A stretch of 64,000 nucleotides of DNA. It comes from Psammoneis japonica (taxonomy: Eukaryota). The stretch's first letter is position 1; each line of letters opens with the position of its first letter. The DNA lies in NCBI GenBank assembly GCA_008632985.1, contig QPGO01000041.1:248001-312000 (forward strand), in the 5' to 3' direction. A program made the position numbers and the translations under genes. The notes under the pieces are model-generated. The model saw nothing but the letters and a program-made list of their open reading frames with translations, made no database searches and was not told where the DNA came from. This document shows, piece after piece, positions 25,098-38,700 of this stretch.

Positions 25098-25499
25098 GGC
25101 TTGGAATCCAGAGAGAGAGAGAGCAACGTTCAATGTACTCGCACAAGACTTCTTGTTTCTTTGTGTGTATGTTCTGTGTTGTGGGTGATGTCGACTATTC
25201 TTCCTTCTTTCGTGTGTTTTTTGTGTTTGTGGCGTGCAAGGATTTGTGGGGGGTCGTCGGTCGAACAAGCGCGAACTGGATTGAGAAACCCCGAGCATTA
25301 AATGTTTGTCCATCTATTGCCCACTTTCCAAATAAATGTTTGTGTTACTCGTACAAGTTTGAGTAGTTTCTACTGGGACAATCGACTGCCTGAGCTCGCT
25401 GTGTTTTACTTATGACGCTGTAGGTTAGCGGGACTGGCCGGCTCCGCCACCAGCTGGAAACTGGCACAAAGCGACGAGCCGACAAACTCACGTACAGCG

Positions 25500-28400
25500 C
25501 AGTGTGATCATTGCGCTCGCATCATGCAGTGCTGCATGGATGGTGCAAGTGCTGATGTGCTAGCTGGAGTGGCCTCAACAGACATCCTGCCCCCTCACAC
25601 CACCTTTCACCTTTGCATTCCTCATGTCTCACGGGCATCAAGGATGTGTTGAAACAAGAGTGCGTCACCAAATTTGCTTCCTGTTCTTTGCAGCTGTCCC
25701 CTCCTTGGCTTTGTCCTGTCTCCTGCCAGCGCTCCCATGCCACAGTCATTCTGCATCTGCACATGATGGTGTGATGTTTTGCTCATTGCGCTGTCCCTTG
25801 CAACCACTCTCACTCATGACCACAACCACATCGTTTGTTCCATGTCATGACCTTGTCTCTCTTTTGCTTGCCACGCCAGGTTTTGTTTGCGTTGTTGTCG
25901 GAGCTCCATGCACTCACTGACTCAGTCTCTGTGTCCTGCATTGTTCTCCCTCCCCTCTGCTCTTCTCTTGCCTTTGCTTGCTGCTGTCATTGTCATGGTG
26001 TCAGATGAGCCCTGCATTTTGTGTCTTGTGTCTTGTGAAGCAATGGTGTTTGTGTTTTTGCAGCAATGTTGTTTTAAAATTCCACGCTCACACTCAGTTT
26101 TGAAAGTTTGAATGATTTGAAATGACTTGAAAGAATCATCCAGTCATTTGGGTTTTGGGAGACAAGTGTGGGCAGCTGCTGTCTGAACAATCTTTCATGG
26201 AATTTGCTCTGGAAACAGTCTGTCAATCAGTGTGATTGGTGCATTTGGAAAAAACACGTGAGTGCTGGAAAGACTCCAAGTCTTTTTCATCCACTGAAAT
26301 TGCACTGACAAACACCCCAATGCACAGACAGGCAGAATTTGTTTGAGCAGCAGCTGTCCAGACACACCCCCCAGTTTTGCATGTGGTGTGTCTGCAGCCA
26401 GTTGGTCAATTTCTCATTCTTTGTCATGTTGATGTGCTCTCGTTGAGATGGAAATTTTCACAGTCTTGCTGCCACACACACCTTTTTTTTCAATGCTCTG
26501 GGACTTCAATCTCTAGAATCTGCTTGATGCCCTCACAACCACATTTTCTTTTTGGTGTGTTGCAACAGTGCTGCCACAAAAACATGCGAGCTGCCCCCTG
26601 GCCATCCTTGTGCTGTCAACCACCACTCCAATGCTGGCAGTGCTCTTGGTCATGGTCATGCAGGCAAATCTCTTTCTCAATCTCAGCCACAAGAGCCCAG
26701 CAGGAGGAGCCCTCAGAGAAACCAAGGCTCTGCCGCCAGAGCTGCTGCAGCACTGGCTGGCAAACCAGCAGCCTCTGTGCTGCCACTGCTGCTGCCTCCA
26801 TCAACAACAAAGCCACTGCCCACTGCGCCAATGTGGCTGATGACCCCCACTCTCCAGTCATTCAACCAAAAGATCTTGAGCTTCTCATGCATGTTGGCAC
26901 AAAATTCCTGTGATTGTTGTTGCATTCCCTTGCACCCAATGGAGTCTCCCACAGCCATCCCAAGACAATTGAGTGCTTGTGCTGTCACACAGATGGCTCC
27001 CTGGTCTCTGCAGGGGGGTGTGGTGGCTGGTCCAAAGCCAGTCATGTCAGAAAGAAAAGGGGCCAGCATGTTGACACAAGACAAGGCCTTTGCTCCCCAA
27101 CCAAGGTTGTTGTTGGCTCTCCAGGGACACAATGGAGTCACCCAAGGCCATCCAAAGACAACTTGGTGCTTGCATTGTTGCACAGAAAGCTCCCTTGTCC
27201 CTGGAGGTGGGGTGGCTGGTGGCTGTGCCAAAGCCAGTCATGTCAGAAAGAAAAGGGGCTGCGTTGAAACAAGACAAGGCTTTTGATTCCCAAACATGGT
27301 TGTTTCTGGCTCCCCAGGGACACAATGGACTGGAGTCACCCAAGGCTGTCAAAAGACAACTGGGCACTTGCACTGTCACACAGAAAGCTTCCTTGTTTCT
27401 GCAGGTGGGGTGGCCATGTGCCAAAGCCAGTCATGTCTGTGTTGACACAAGACAAGGCTTTTGATTCCCAACCATGGTTGTTTCTGGCTCCCCTGGGACA
27501 CAATGGAGTCACCCAAGGCCATCCAAAGACAACTGGGCACTTGCACTGTCACCCCTGTCTCTGCAGGTGGGGTGGCTGGATGAGTGCAGGCCACCGGCCA
27601 CATCAGAAAGAAAAGGAGCTGTGTGGGCCCAACACAAGAAGGCCTTTCCCACCCTGCTGTTGTTGTTGTTGCCTCCTCTGGGACCCAATGGAGTCTCATG
27701 TGCCCATCCCAAAACAACCAACAAGTGCTTGCACTGTCACAAAGATGGCTCTCTTGTCTTTGCAGGTTGGTTGGCTGGGCCAAACCCAGTCATGTCAGAA
27801 AGACAAGGTGCTGCGTTGATGCAAGACAAGGCCTTTGCTTCACAACCATTGTTGTTGTTGGCTCCCCTGTGATCCAATGGAGTCGCTAAAAGCCATCCCA
27901 AGAGAACTGAGCACTTGCGCTGTCAAACAGATGGCTTTCTTGTCTCTGCATGTGGGGTGGCTCTGGGCCAAGCCCAGTCATGTCAGAGAGACAAAGGGCT
28001 GCATTGACACAAGGCCTTTGCTTCCCAACCATTGTTGTTGTTGTGTCTTCTGGGACCCAATGAAGTCATCAAAAGCCATCCCAAGACAACTGAGCACTTG
28101 CGCTGTCACACAGATGGCTTTCTTGTCTCTGCAGGTTGGCTGGATGGGCGGGCCAGTGCCAGTCATGTCAGAAAGAAAAGGGGATGTGTTGACACAAGAC
28201 AAGGCCTTTGCTCCTCAACCAAGGATGTTGTTGGCTCCTCTGGAACCCAATGGAGTCATCCAAGGCCATCCCAAGACAATGGAGCACCACTTGCACTGTC
28301 ACACAGATGGTTTGCTTGTCTCTTCAGGTTGGCTGGTGGGCCAAAGCCAGTCATGTCAGAAAGAAAAAGGGCTGCGTTGACACAAGACAAGGCTTTTGCC

Positions 28401-31400
28401 AACAAACCATGGTTGTTGGCACGTCCCTGGCAACCCACTGGAGTCCTCCAATGCCATCCCAAGACAACTGTGCACCTCCTTTGCCACATCTGTGGGCCTG
28501 ATGCTTCCACATCTTGTGCGGCTGGGCATTTTCCGGTTTGTGGAGCCATGCCTTGGGCTGCTGCTGCCCACCACGACAAGGCTTGCAGCGACCATTTTTT
28601 GCAGTTTGCATGTCTCATCCAAGGCTCCACTGGAGTCTGCCAATGCTGTCCCAAGACAGCTGCACATCTCCTTTGCCACATCTGTGGGCCTCATGCTTCC
28701 ACACCTTGTGGACCTGGGCATCTTCTTGTTTGTGGAGCAATCACGCAAGAGACTGCTGCTGCACAAGACAAGGCTTGCAGCTTCCCAAATCAAGAGTGCT
28801 GCAATGATGCCACAATTGGACCAACCACTCAACAACTGCAGACTGAGTGCATTTGGGGTGTGTGTCATGCACGCAGCAACTCAAACCAGTGTGCACCAAT
28901 GGCAACAATGATGATCTGGCTTGGCATTTGGCAAATGTTTGTCAGGACATGGGGACACCACCACATGCTCCATTCCAGGTTCTCAAGTGGTGTTGGCATC
29001 TGCATTGTCCACTGTCCACCCAGCAAGCCTGTTGCTCCAAATGGAGACACCAAAACATGTCATGAAACTTGCCACCAGAATGTTGAGTGCCAAATTCCTT
29101 GGGCAGTGCATCCACCAGAGTGGGGTTGTCAACATGTCAGAGAGACATGGCCAAGTTGCCCACAGCTGGTTCTGGCTGTGGCATTGTCATTGTCACCATC
29201 ATTCAGCATTGTCTCCAGCTCATTGCATGGTGCACAAAACATCCCTCGCCCATCAAAACAATGCCCACATCACCACCCACCCTGTCGTCATCCACAAAGC
29301 TGCTGACCTGCTTGCTGAGAACAGGATGGGTGTGCTCAAAGGTGAAACCAAGGGCGACAAAGTTAACCAAGTTGTGTCATTTCATGCAAAAGCAGATTTT
29401 TGGGTTCTGGTTGCCTCCAAAATGGGGCACAAAATGGTGGCAGATCAAGGGCATTGCATTTGCTGGTGAGCAGGAGCCGCACATGTTGCACGAGCTTCAC
29501 CACCTGAATTTGAAAGAGCTCTCCTGCCTCCTCTTGAGCAATCCCAAACCAGACTCCACATGATTTGCCAGGTTGCTGGAGCAACCCCTGCTCAGCATGC
29601 CAAACAATTGCAGAAGCTGTGTTTTGTCAGGGGTGGTGTTGACAATCCACCCTCAAGAACTTGGGCCACACTGATCAGTTGAACATGAAGTGAGAACCCT
29701 TTGGAACAGAGGATGCACGGCCAACAAAATGTGGCCATTGTCTTCATTTGCAGCAACGTTGCAGGGAAGATGAAACATTCTTCCCAGTCTCTGTCATCTG
29801 GCAAAAAATTGGCTTTCCAAGCAGCGGCGGCCATTGCTTGCTTCATGAGATGCAAAGACCATGCCTTGGCCAGCTTCTTTGGCAAATGCAACAAAAACCA
29901 AAGCAATTCTTCCTGCTGTTCCCAGCGCTTCTCTTCCTGCAGCACCAGAAATGTGCTTGCCAAAGTCATTGTCAGGGTTCAGGCTAAAATGGAAAAAAGA
30001 AGAACAATGGGGATGACATTGAAAATGTTGGTGGAGAGCATGCTTGTTGTTGTTGTTGTCGTTGTTCTTAACAAGTCTAAAATGAGTGCAAATGAGCTGC
30101 ACAGATGACTTCGCATGATGCTTTTGGGCCATGTGCCGCCCTTGCAGCCATTGCTGTGATTTTTGACAAAAATGCTCACAACCCACAAAATCAATTTTTC
30201 TTGTCTGCAAAGAGGCATTTTCAAGCAGTCAGCGCCTCTGAGATTGAGGTCAAACTGCAGAAAATGCTGCCAGTGACAGTCAAATGACAACAGCTGGCCG
30301 GAACCCTTCTCTCAGACACACATTTTCATCGTTTTGCATGCACAGGGCAAAGTGCAGTTTGTCAATGAGACAGATTGAATGCTTTGCAACAGTCCAGGAG
30401 GCATCCACCACACAGAAGGATGTTGAGTGTGAGCAATGGCAAGAGTCAACAAGCACAATTGACACCATTTAACTGCAAAAGTGGGTTTGATCCAGGACTT
30501 GGTGAGCACGCAGGCAGTTCTCTCTGCAAGGGCTCCAAGCACCAAAAATGATTGCTGCAGTGATGAGGGTGGCTTTGTCAAAGAGCAATGTCACAAAGTG
30601 GTGTAGACTGGTGCTTTTGATGGCCAGTTGCAGCTGGGAGTCATCTCCCATCTTGCAAGTTGTCTGCTGCAACTGATCCACCCAACAAAACGTGAATCTG
30701 TGGTGCAGTCGTTGGACTCCCAGTCTCCAAAAAGTGTGTGCATTTATCCAAGCACTGTGGGCATTGTCTGCACAGCAGATGAGTGAAAGAAGCTAATGAG
30801 CACAAACAAACTTGCCTGCATCATCTCCCCTCTTGCCAACATTTACCTTGACTGCTGCTCCCCACAACCCAGTGTCTAGAAAACAGTCTTCTGGCATTGA
30901 AGTGGTGGTCTTAATTTTGATTGCACTGCCAAGGCCTGTGACCATTGTTCACATTGTGTGTGAGATGAGAAAACCACCCAAAAGAGTTTACATTGCATCC
31001 AAGAATTTCTCATGAGCTTGCAAGTGATGATCTCATGCTGAAAAGTGCAAGAAAGCAATCAATCCTTCTGCTGAGCCAAAATGACACCATGCCTGCACCA
31101 AATGAGAAAAGCAATGCCTCTTGTGAGCATGTGTTGCATTGTGAAAAGCACTGCAATGACAAGCAACCTTTTCACACTCATCTTGGTTGTTTCCCACATT
31201 GCCATCACTGCAGCTCTCCTGGCAGACCTGAAAAAAAGGACACGACATGTCCACACTTCAACCATGATCTCCCGACTGACCGTTGCAATGACTCTGCCTG
31301 CAAAGCTCTCTCACACAACAACCAAAGCAAAAACACCATGTCTCAAGAGTTTTGTCAACCAAGACATTGTGCGAAGCTTGCTCGAGTGTGTTTCAGAAAC

Positions 31401-33850
31401 GTGTTGCCAAGCTCACTTTCCTTCCTCAGTCAAAGACTCATTTTTGCTCACAAGCAGCAAAAGCTTCAATGTCTTTGTGCAGCTTGCCAGCCACGTGTGT
31501 CAATGATGAGATGCATTTGAAACATTGTGACTTTGGACACAACAACACAAGCAGCAACATGCATCAAATGCAACAGCAGCTTGCCACGGCCCACCATTTC
31601 CAGATCGGCAACAAAAAAGCAAAGAAAGGAGGCAGCTTTGTTTGGCATGCAGAGAAAACACCAATGTGAGCCACACAGGTGACTCAAACAAAGGTAAAGA
31701 TCTGACAAATGGAAGGGAAAAAAGCTGCTCTTGTCAAGTTTAAAGTGCAGACAGAACAAGCCACACAGGTGGCTTGAAATGAGCAAAAAAGATTCAATTG
31801 TTTGTGACTTCAAAACCATCAAAAAACAAAACAAATGTCCACCACACAAACAGAAGATCTGTGGAAACAATCAGCACACATGTGAAAAATTCATTTGTTG
31901 ACAAGTGACACTCTGGTCAAGCATGGAAACATGTTGCAGATGCTGGAGAGGGTTGAAGTTGGTGAGCTGAGTTTGGCAATTTCTGCTGAAAACATGCCAA
32001 GCTCTGAGCAGAATCTGGCTCATTTTTGCACCCAGCCACCTCAAGTGCAATGGTGCCAGCAATCACATGCCAGACTGGCCTTGGTTGGTTGCCCCCCCCC
32101 CCAAAAGCCAAAAAAAGAACCCCCCCCNCCCCAGCAGCATCATGAACAGAGAAAAGGGAAACCACAGCAGCAAGGTTGCCCAGCAGTTGTGGAGCATTTT
32201 CACAGTCTTAAAACAGGCACAAGCAAAAGCCCCCCAACATGAAAAATCCCATTTGTGAGTGCAACAACTCTGCACTCACGCAATTGTTCAGAAAGGTGTT
32301 GTGACATTCTTGGTTGATGAGCAGTCATTGCAAAAACAATGCAAAAAAAAAAGAGCTCTCCATGAAGTGTGCTTGTGCTGCAATCAATTGACAATGCTCA
32401 GAAACAAAAGGGTGTGATTTGTTGACAATGTAGAGTGACAGAGATTTGCACTTTGAAATGACACACTTTTGTTTTTGGAGCTGAGCACGCTGTGCAACAT
32501 GCACAGACCTGCTGGCCAGCTCCAGCTCTGGGGCAAAATGAGGTCCATCAAGCCTGACCTTCCACGCAGCTTTTGGCACCAGAATTTTTTGTCATCACCT
32601 GCAAGGGCTCACAAATTTTGGCTTCTGGCAAGCATTGTTCATTGCTCCAGATGATGAACAAAAATGTGCACTCTGCATGCACTTCCTTGTGCACAAAGGC
32701 TTTCACTTTGTCAAAACAGCAGCAAATGGCCATGTGTCAGGCCAACTCAGAGGACATTCCATGATTGGATGCTCAGCACTCTCTTGGCAATCAGCACCTG
32801 TGTGTTTGCAGGTCTGAGTCCTGTGCACTGTCAATCTGTTGCACGTGGTGTCTTGTGCTTTTGTCGGTGGGAGATGCCAGTGAGAACACCTCCCCCTTCC
32901 CTGCAACACTTGGTCAGTTGCTGATCTGGCCATTTCTCTGGAGTGCAGCTGTCATGTGAGTCATGTGCATGTGCAACAAATGCAGCTGACTGGCCCTTTG
33001 GATGTGCTTCATTGGGCAAGAGTTGGAGTGCTTGTCACTTGTGACTGGAGCTGCCAGAAAGTGTGCTGCCAACTGCACTGCATGCAAAGCTGGTTGACAA
33101 CTTGGCCTGCTCTTTGCTGGGCTGGAGTGCAGTGCTTGTTGCTGACTTGGTCTGTTTGCTGGAGTGCAGTTGTTGTGCAACACAAGTGTGCAATGAGCAC
33201 AATTTATTGGCCCTTTGGTTGCAGTGCAAGTGTGCAACAAACACAACTTGTTGTTGGCCCTTTCAGTTTTCACCACATTGGGTGAGGAAATCAACTTTTG
33301 TTGGCTGTGTTGGAGTGCAAGATTCTTTGTTGACTGGGGAGCTGGTGACAATGTGCAAGTCGCACCCAGGTCCCAAAGCACAGTGGCTGGCCTTTTTTGA
33401 TCAACTCATTTGATTTGTTTCCTTTGGTGTCAATGCCAACAAAAAAGCAAGGTCAAAATTCAAGCTGAAAGCAGCTGCAATCTTGGCAAGGCAAGCTGTG
33501 ATCTCAGAAAGACTGGGTGGCTCAACTTTGGCAACATTGTGCACAACAGCCATCAGAATGCCAAGCCCCTGAACAGATCACAAAAACAAGTTTGAGATTG
33601 CACAAGATTGCTGCATCTCAAGGTTTGATTGTCAAACTTGCTTGTCAAAATGAGCCCACTCTTCTGTGGCAAAGAAATGGTGGGAGAAGAGCAGTTTGTC
33701 GCTTCTTTCAATCAGAGCTTTGACTGAGGGTGTGTGAATCTCATCACACTCAATCCACTGTGCACTCATTGAGTGAAAAGTTTTGAGAGAAACAGTGATT
33801 TTCTCTTTGCCCAAACTGCTGCACTCAATGGGTGTTCACGGCCCGTCCGG
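25500..33850. other. Hypermutated block 3
   Basis: About 8 kb nearly devoid of TA and CG; contains a tandem array and decayed coding-like remnants. Confidence 0.85.
26925..28790. repeat. Degenerate tandem array, unit ~170-197 bp, about 8 similar units plus 2 divergent ones
   Basis: CCAGTCATGTCAG(AAAGAAAAGG)...ACAAGACAAGGC recurs near 27039, 27236, 27428, 27600, 27788, 27976, 28161 and 28348. Confidence 0.85.
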
Positions 33851-33990
33851 GGTGTGCTCTCTACATGTGGAGGATGTCTGAACTGTTGGAGTCCCTGCAG
33901 ACACTCGCGAATGCGGCAGTACAGCAACGGTAAAAATGTTCAATTATTATTACAGTGCTTAACAAACCCAGATTTCACAAGGGGCCATGT

Positions 33991-35688
33991 TCACTCTTCA
34001 TCTTCGCCGTCCAAATGGCTTAGACCCAACGAGTCCTTGAGTACGCCAAGTACTTCCAACATGCTCGGACGCCGCATTTCGACTGGATCGTAGTAAGCAT
34101 TTCTTCTCCTAAAGCTCTCGCGTCCGTACTCAAGGGTTTTGACCTCGGGCCGTTCTTCAATAAAATATGTTTCCATTTCTCCGATCCCCTTGACCTTCAC
34201 TATTCCTCGTTTGTCGCTGGAGAACTCGTCAGGAGAGAGCGTATCAACAACAGCTTGCGATACATGTACCTTGCCAGCAATTCCTGTAGATTCCATTCGA
34301 GACGCTACATTGACCGTGTCGCCCCAAATGTCATACAAGAATCGCTGTGTTCCCACGACACCAGCGATCACAGGCCCTGTGTTCACCCCTACGCGCATAG
34401 CCAAAGGCTGATCTGGGTGCTTTTCGTTGTCTTCGACTAGGATTTTGATGATATCGCAGGCAAAATGACAAACTGCAGCACATGAAGAGGCTGGACTTGT
34501 GCATCCGGGGATGCAGGTGACCATGTAGCAATCTCCAATCGTTTTGAGCTTGTTAAGTCCATAATATTCCAAACGGCTGTCGAAGCGACTAAAGATTCGA
34601 TTCAAGAAGGAGACAACTTCAATGGGCTGCAGCTTATTGCTCAAGCTCGTAAATCCAACGATATCAGCAAAGAGGACAGTGGCTTGATGGAAATGATCTG
34701 CAATGTGTCCTGGTTCATCTCGCAGGCGTTCAGCGATTTCTCGAGGTAACATATTGAACAATAGAGCCTCGGCCGATTTCTTTTCGACAGCAAGATTTGT
34801 AGCCTCAATTTCTGATGTAATATCGTGAATGAATCCAACGAGAAGGTCCGACCCCGGCACTACGTGGACTCCCACACGACAAGGAAATTCCGACCCATCT
34901 TTTCGGCGTGCCATTAGAGCTCTCAGTTTTCCAGCCACATGGGATTGTCCATCACGTTTGTGAAATCTTCTCATGTAGTCTGCGTGATGTTCTGCGTGCC
35001 CACCGCCGCAAATCAAGGCAACATTTTTACCGATCATTTCGTCGGCCTCATAGCCAAAGGCTGTAACAGTGGCTTCGTTCACTCTCATAATGATTCCATT
35101 CTTATCTGTAAGGACCATGCAGTCGAATGAGACAGCCAAAATAGACTTATTGAGTTCAAATTCCCGTTCGAGCTTCTCCATTTGCTGCTTCTGAAAAGTT
35201 AGATCATGGCAATACGCCACGAACAACTTGGATCCTCTTTCTTCCACGATCTTTATACTGACGGCCACTGAAAACTCAGATCCATCCTTTCGACGAGCCG
35301 GCAAATCTCTCATTTTGTGTAGGATTTGCTGCATTACTTGGGGAGACGCCTTCTGAAGATACGATGTGTGCCTTGGTCCGTGCATTCCGCCAATAACTTT
35401 TGAAATATTTTGGCCAATCAAAGATTCGTCGTTCCAACCAAACATTGTTTGAGCAGCTGGGTTCGTCAAACGAATAAAACCATCTTGATCTGTGACAAAA
35501 ACGGCGTCTTCACTGGCTTCAACAATGTGCTGGGCCAAAGTATCCTCGACAAGATTATTCGCCTCACCAAGACAGGCCTTTTTAACGGTTTCTGCCCCGT
35601 ATTTCAAGAAGAGACCTTGTAGTTCGTTTTGCAGTTCTTTGGGGACAGCTTCATTTGCGCTGCCATTCTCTGTGGTGGAAGACATCAT
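33991..35688 (-). CDS. Soluble class III nucleotidyl (probably adenylate) cyclase with two FixL-like PAS domains
   Basis: PAS x2 (RRKDGSEF); LLFNMLPREIAERL coil; LFADIVGFT, KLKTIGDCYM, YDIWGDTVNVASRMES. Confidence 0.92.
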   Translation of the reverse strand: MMSSTTENGSANEAVPKELQNELQGLFLKYGAETVKKACLGEANNLVEDTLAQHIVEASEDAVFVTDQDGFIRLTNPAAQTMFGWNDESLIGQNISKVIGGMHGPRHTSYLQKASPQVMQQILHKMRDLPARRKDGSEFSVAVSIKIVEERGSKLFVAYCHDLTFQKQQMEKLEREFELNKSILAVSFDCMVLTDKNGIIMRVNEATVTAFGYEADEMIGKNVALICGGGHAEHHADYMRRFHKRDGQSHVAGKLRALMARRKDGSEFPCRVGVHVVPGSDLLVGFIHDITSEIEATNLAVEKKSAEALLFNMLPREIAERLRDEPGHIADHFHQATVLFADIVGFTSLSNKLQPIEVVSFLNRIFSRFDSRLEYYGLNKLKTIGDCYMVTCIPGCTSPASSCAAVCHFACDIIKILVEDNEKHPDQPLAMRVGVNTGPVIAGVVGTQRFLYDIWGDTVNVASRMESTGIAGKVHVSQAVVDTLSPDEFSSDKRGIVKVKGIGEMETYFIEERPEVKTLEYGRESFRRRNAYYDPVEMRRPSMLEVLGVLKDSLGLSHLDGEDEE

Positions 35689-35799
35689 TAATGATAGGAA
35701 GCGTCTTTATCTCCTCATGGTGCACGCAACACTGGAACACGCAAAACCGATAACCCTGTCTGAAACGAACGCCGCGCCGTCGTCGCGATGGAGTGGTCG

Positions 35800-38700
35800 G
35801 ACAGACGTGTGTTCGCATTTTAGCACAGCTGCAGAGAAGAGCACTGGGGGTCCTGCACCTGTGAGTTGCTCCACAGGAGTCAAAATGTGGGACAAAGCTG
35901 CAGCCCCATGGGAGATGCCCCCAAGCAGACCAGCTGGACTCATTTCAACAGTGGTGTGACAAGGTTGCCACCAAGGTGCTTTCAGGAGAGCTCAAGTGAA
36001 GAAGAAGCATGCTGTGGCTCAACAGAGCTCTGCGCAAAACCGCCTCTTTGTTGTCCCCTGGAGCTGGTGCAGATTGCTCAAGGGAGTGTCGCTGCATGAC
36101 TTTCAAGCAAGTTGGAGCTTCTTGATCAGAGATCATCACAGGACCACCAACAGTCTGTTTTTGATGCATCTGCTGCAGGAAGCTCCCCCAGTCATCTCTG
36201 TCCTGCTGATGATCTGCAACATGGTGTCCATGCAGGCATTTGCACACAAAATGGTCTGGATGTTGCAGAAAAAGGGCATTGGAGTGGCTGGGCATTGACC
36301 CAGACATTGCCACAGCAGCAAGAATGAGAAATGACATCAAGGAGGCCCATGAATGGAGCACAGCCTGTGTGACGAGCATCAGCGTCAGAGCTGTTGGCAG
36401 TGCATGTTGATCTTGTGGGGAGAGCAACCCTGCCTGTGTTGCAATCACTCTGCTGTCTTTTGCAGGGACACTCTAGAACAGCAAGCATTGGCCAGGGCCT
36501 GCCTTGACATTTGTTGAGAACAGCCACATGTCAAACCACCAATTTCTTGCTCTTTGACAACTGGGTGGCAGGACAAGCAGCATGTTGTAACTGGATTGCA
36601 ACCTCTTGAGCATTTTTCCCTCATTTCAAGCTTTTGCAGGGCATGTGGGCTAATTGCAAGCACATGGTTGCACTCAGCCAGTTGCTTCAGTGAGTCAAAC
36701 ACAAGGTGGATTGACCACAGCAAGCCTTTGTGTGTGGCAGTTGCTGAGGGAGGTCTCTCTCCAGCTGCGCTGCCAGACTGGATCTTGAATGTGAGCTCTC
36801 TGAGCTGTCTGTTTCTGTTGCCCCCAACTTTGATTTGTCAATGGTGGCTTGCCTGCTGTGTTTGCTGTTGCTGGATCTGCTGGTGTTTCAGGCCATTTGC
36901 AGGCTTTCACAAAGAACACATGATGAGACTGGATGCCTGTGGCCCCTTGCAGGCTTCATTCTTGTGCCACCCTTTTGCCAAAGTTGAGCTCTCATTTGGC
37001 TGTTGGATCCTGTCTGAGGTCTTGCAAGAGAGAGTCATTTGTCCCTTTTGCCAAAGCCTTTGACTTGTCCTTGATGTTGCCAACTCATGAGTGCCCAGCT
37101 GTTGCAAAGAACGTGTCCAGGGCTTGGTCTGAAGGAAAACAGCTGAGGTGTGGTGAAAGGTGCCAGAGCATGGCAGTTGAGCTTGTTCATGCAGGTGGCT
37201 TGAGAGTTGGTGAATGGTGCCAAAGAACCAGATGAGAGTGCAGCCATGCAGGTGGCTCAGGCCATGCAAGATGAGGCTGAATGTTGACTGACTGGCAGAC
37301 ACTCCCTGCCCCACAGTCCATGGAGCACAGACAAGCACAAGTGCCTGCCACACACAGCTCTTTTGTGCTGTCACAGCTGCTGCATCTTGAAAGCCAAAGC
37401 AATGCATCACAGTGCAGAGGTTTTTAGAAAGACTTTTGAGGCAGACCCAGCATCAATGTTGAAGAGCTGCCTCTTTGACTGGTGCTTTTGTCATGGTCAA
37501 ACTCAACAAAGCTTGCATCACAGGCAACAAGAGCAGCATTGATGAGCACAACTGGTGGTGGGTTCTTTTGTTCCCAAGGTGTGGTCAAAGCTTCCAGTGC
37601 TGCATGTGGGCCAAATGGGCCAATCTTGATGCAGCAGACTCAATCTTGTTGACAGTGCTGCATCCTTGTGTGGTGCAGCACATCATGGTGTTGGAGCAAC
37701 TGAGACTGACAGCAGAAACAAGAACAGCAGCTTTGCTTCTTGTCAACCCTGCAGCCTTTCCCAGTGGTCAAGAAGGCAGAGGGTGTTCCTGTGGCTGCCA
37801 CACTGCACATGCACTCTGCTGTCTCTAACAGCAATCTGTCATCTCACAGCTCTCTCTCAAAATCAACACACTTGCATGTGGGTGCAATGGCAAAAAATGT
37901 CAGCAGCAACTGGCACAATCTAGGCAGAAACAGGGCAGGAAGTGATGCAACAGCTCTCATTGCTCTGTGGAGTGTCAGCTCAACACAAAGATGGACTCTC
38001 TCTGTTTTGGATGCAGTGCATGACACTTTGCTCAACAAAGATCTTCAAAGCCCTTCACAAAAGCCTGAGAACTCTTAAATGAAAAACACTTTGTGCCGCA
38101 AACACAGGCAGATGTTGTTGCCACATCAGAAGGAGTGATGGAGCCTTGAGCCAAAGAGGGAGTGCCAGTGGTTTTTGTCAGAGGTGCTGCTGGAGTGAGT
38201 TGTGGCTGCTGCAGTGTCAACATGAGCTCTGGGGGGGGGGGGTTGAAGTGTTGGCACCCTTGGATGAGACTCCTTTTGGCAACAGCACAGTTTTTGGTTG
38301 GGCTGGGGGCAGCTCCCAACTTGTGCAGGTGGCAAACTCCAGGAAACTTCTTTCTGGGGTGCGGTGCAGTGGGCTGCAATCTGCGTGGCAACTGGGGGTT
38401 GCAAGGTGAGCAGCAGCACACTGTGCTCAAAAAACAAACACAAATAAAAGCAGAACAAATTGCAAAAAGTAGAAATTACAAGATTGGATTTTACACTGTG
38501 ATTTGGGGATTCTCTGAAGGAGTTCTCAATGGCTCAAAGCATTGGAGCTGCTCCCACAGAGTGAAGGCCATTTGGAGAATATAATCAGGACAACAAATCC
38601 AGATGCAATCAACATTGACATTTCATGTGTCAACATCATCTGTTGATTGCACCTGCAATTTTAGACTTCTGACCAATTCTGTGTGATTGATCTGCTGACC

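Noticed and set aside
26925..28790. Tandem array as a CRISPR locus
   Set aside because: Whole units are homologous, with no unique spacers and no cas genes, in a eukaryotic context.
25500..33850. Many long overlapping ORFs (e.g. 424 aa at 28032-29306, and 336 aa at 57288-58298 in block 5)
   Set aside because: They are Cys/His/Gln-rich in all frames, an artefact of TAA/TAG loss through TpA depletion; not real genes.
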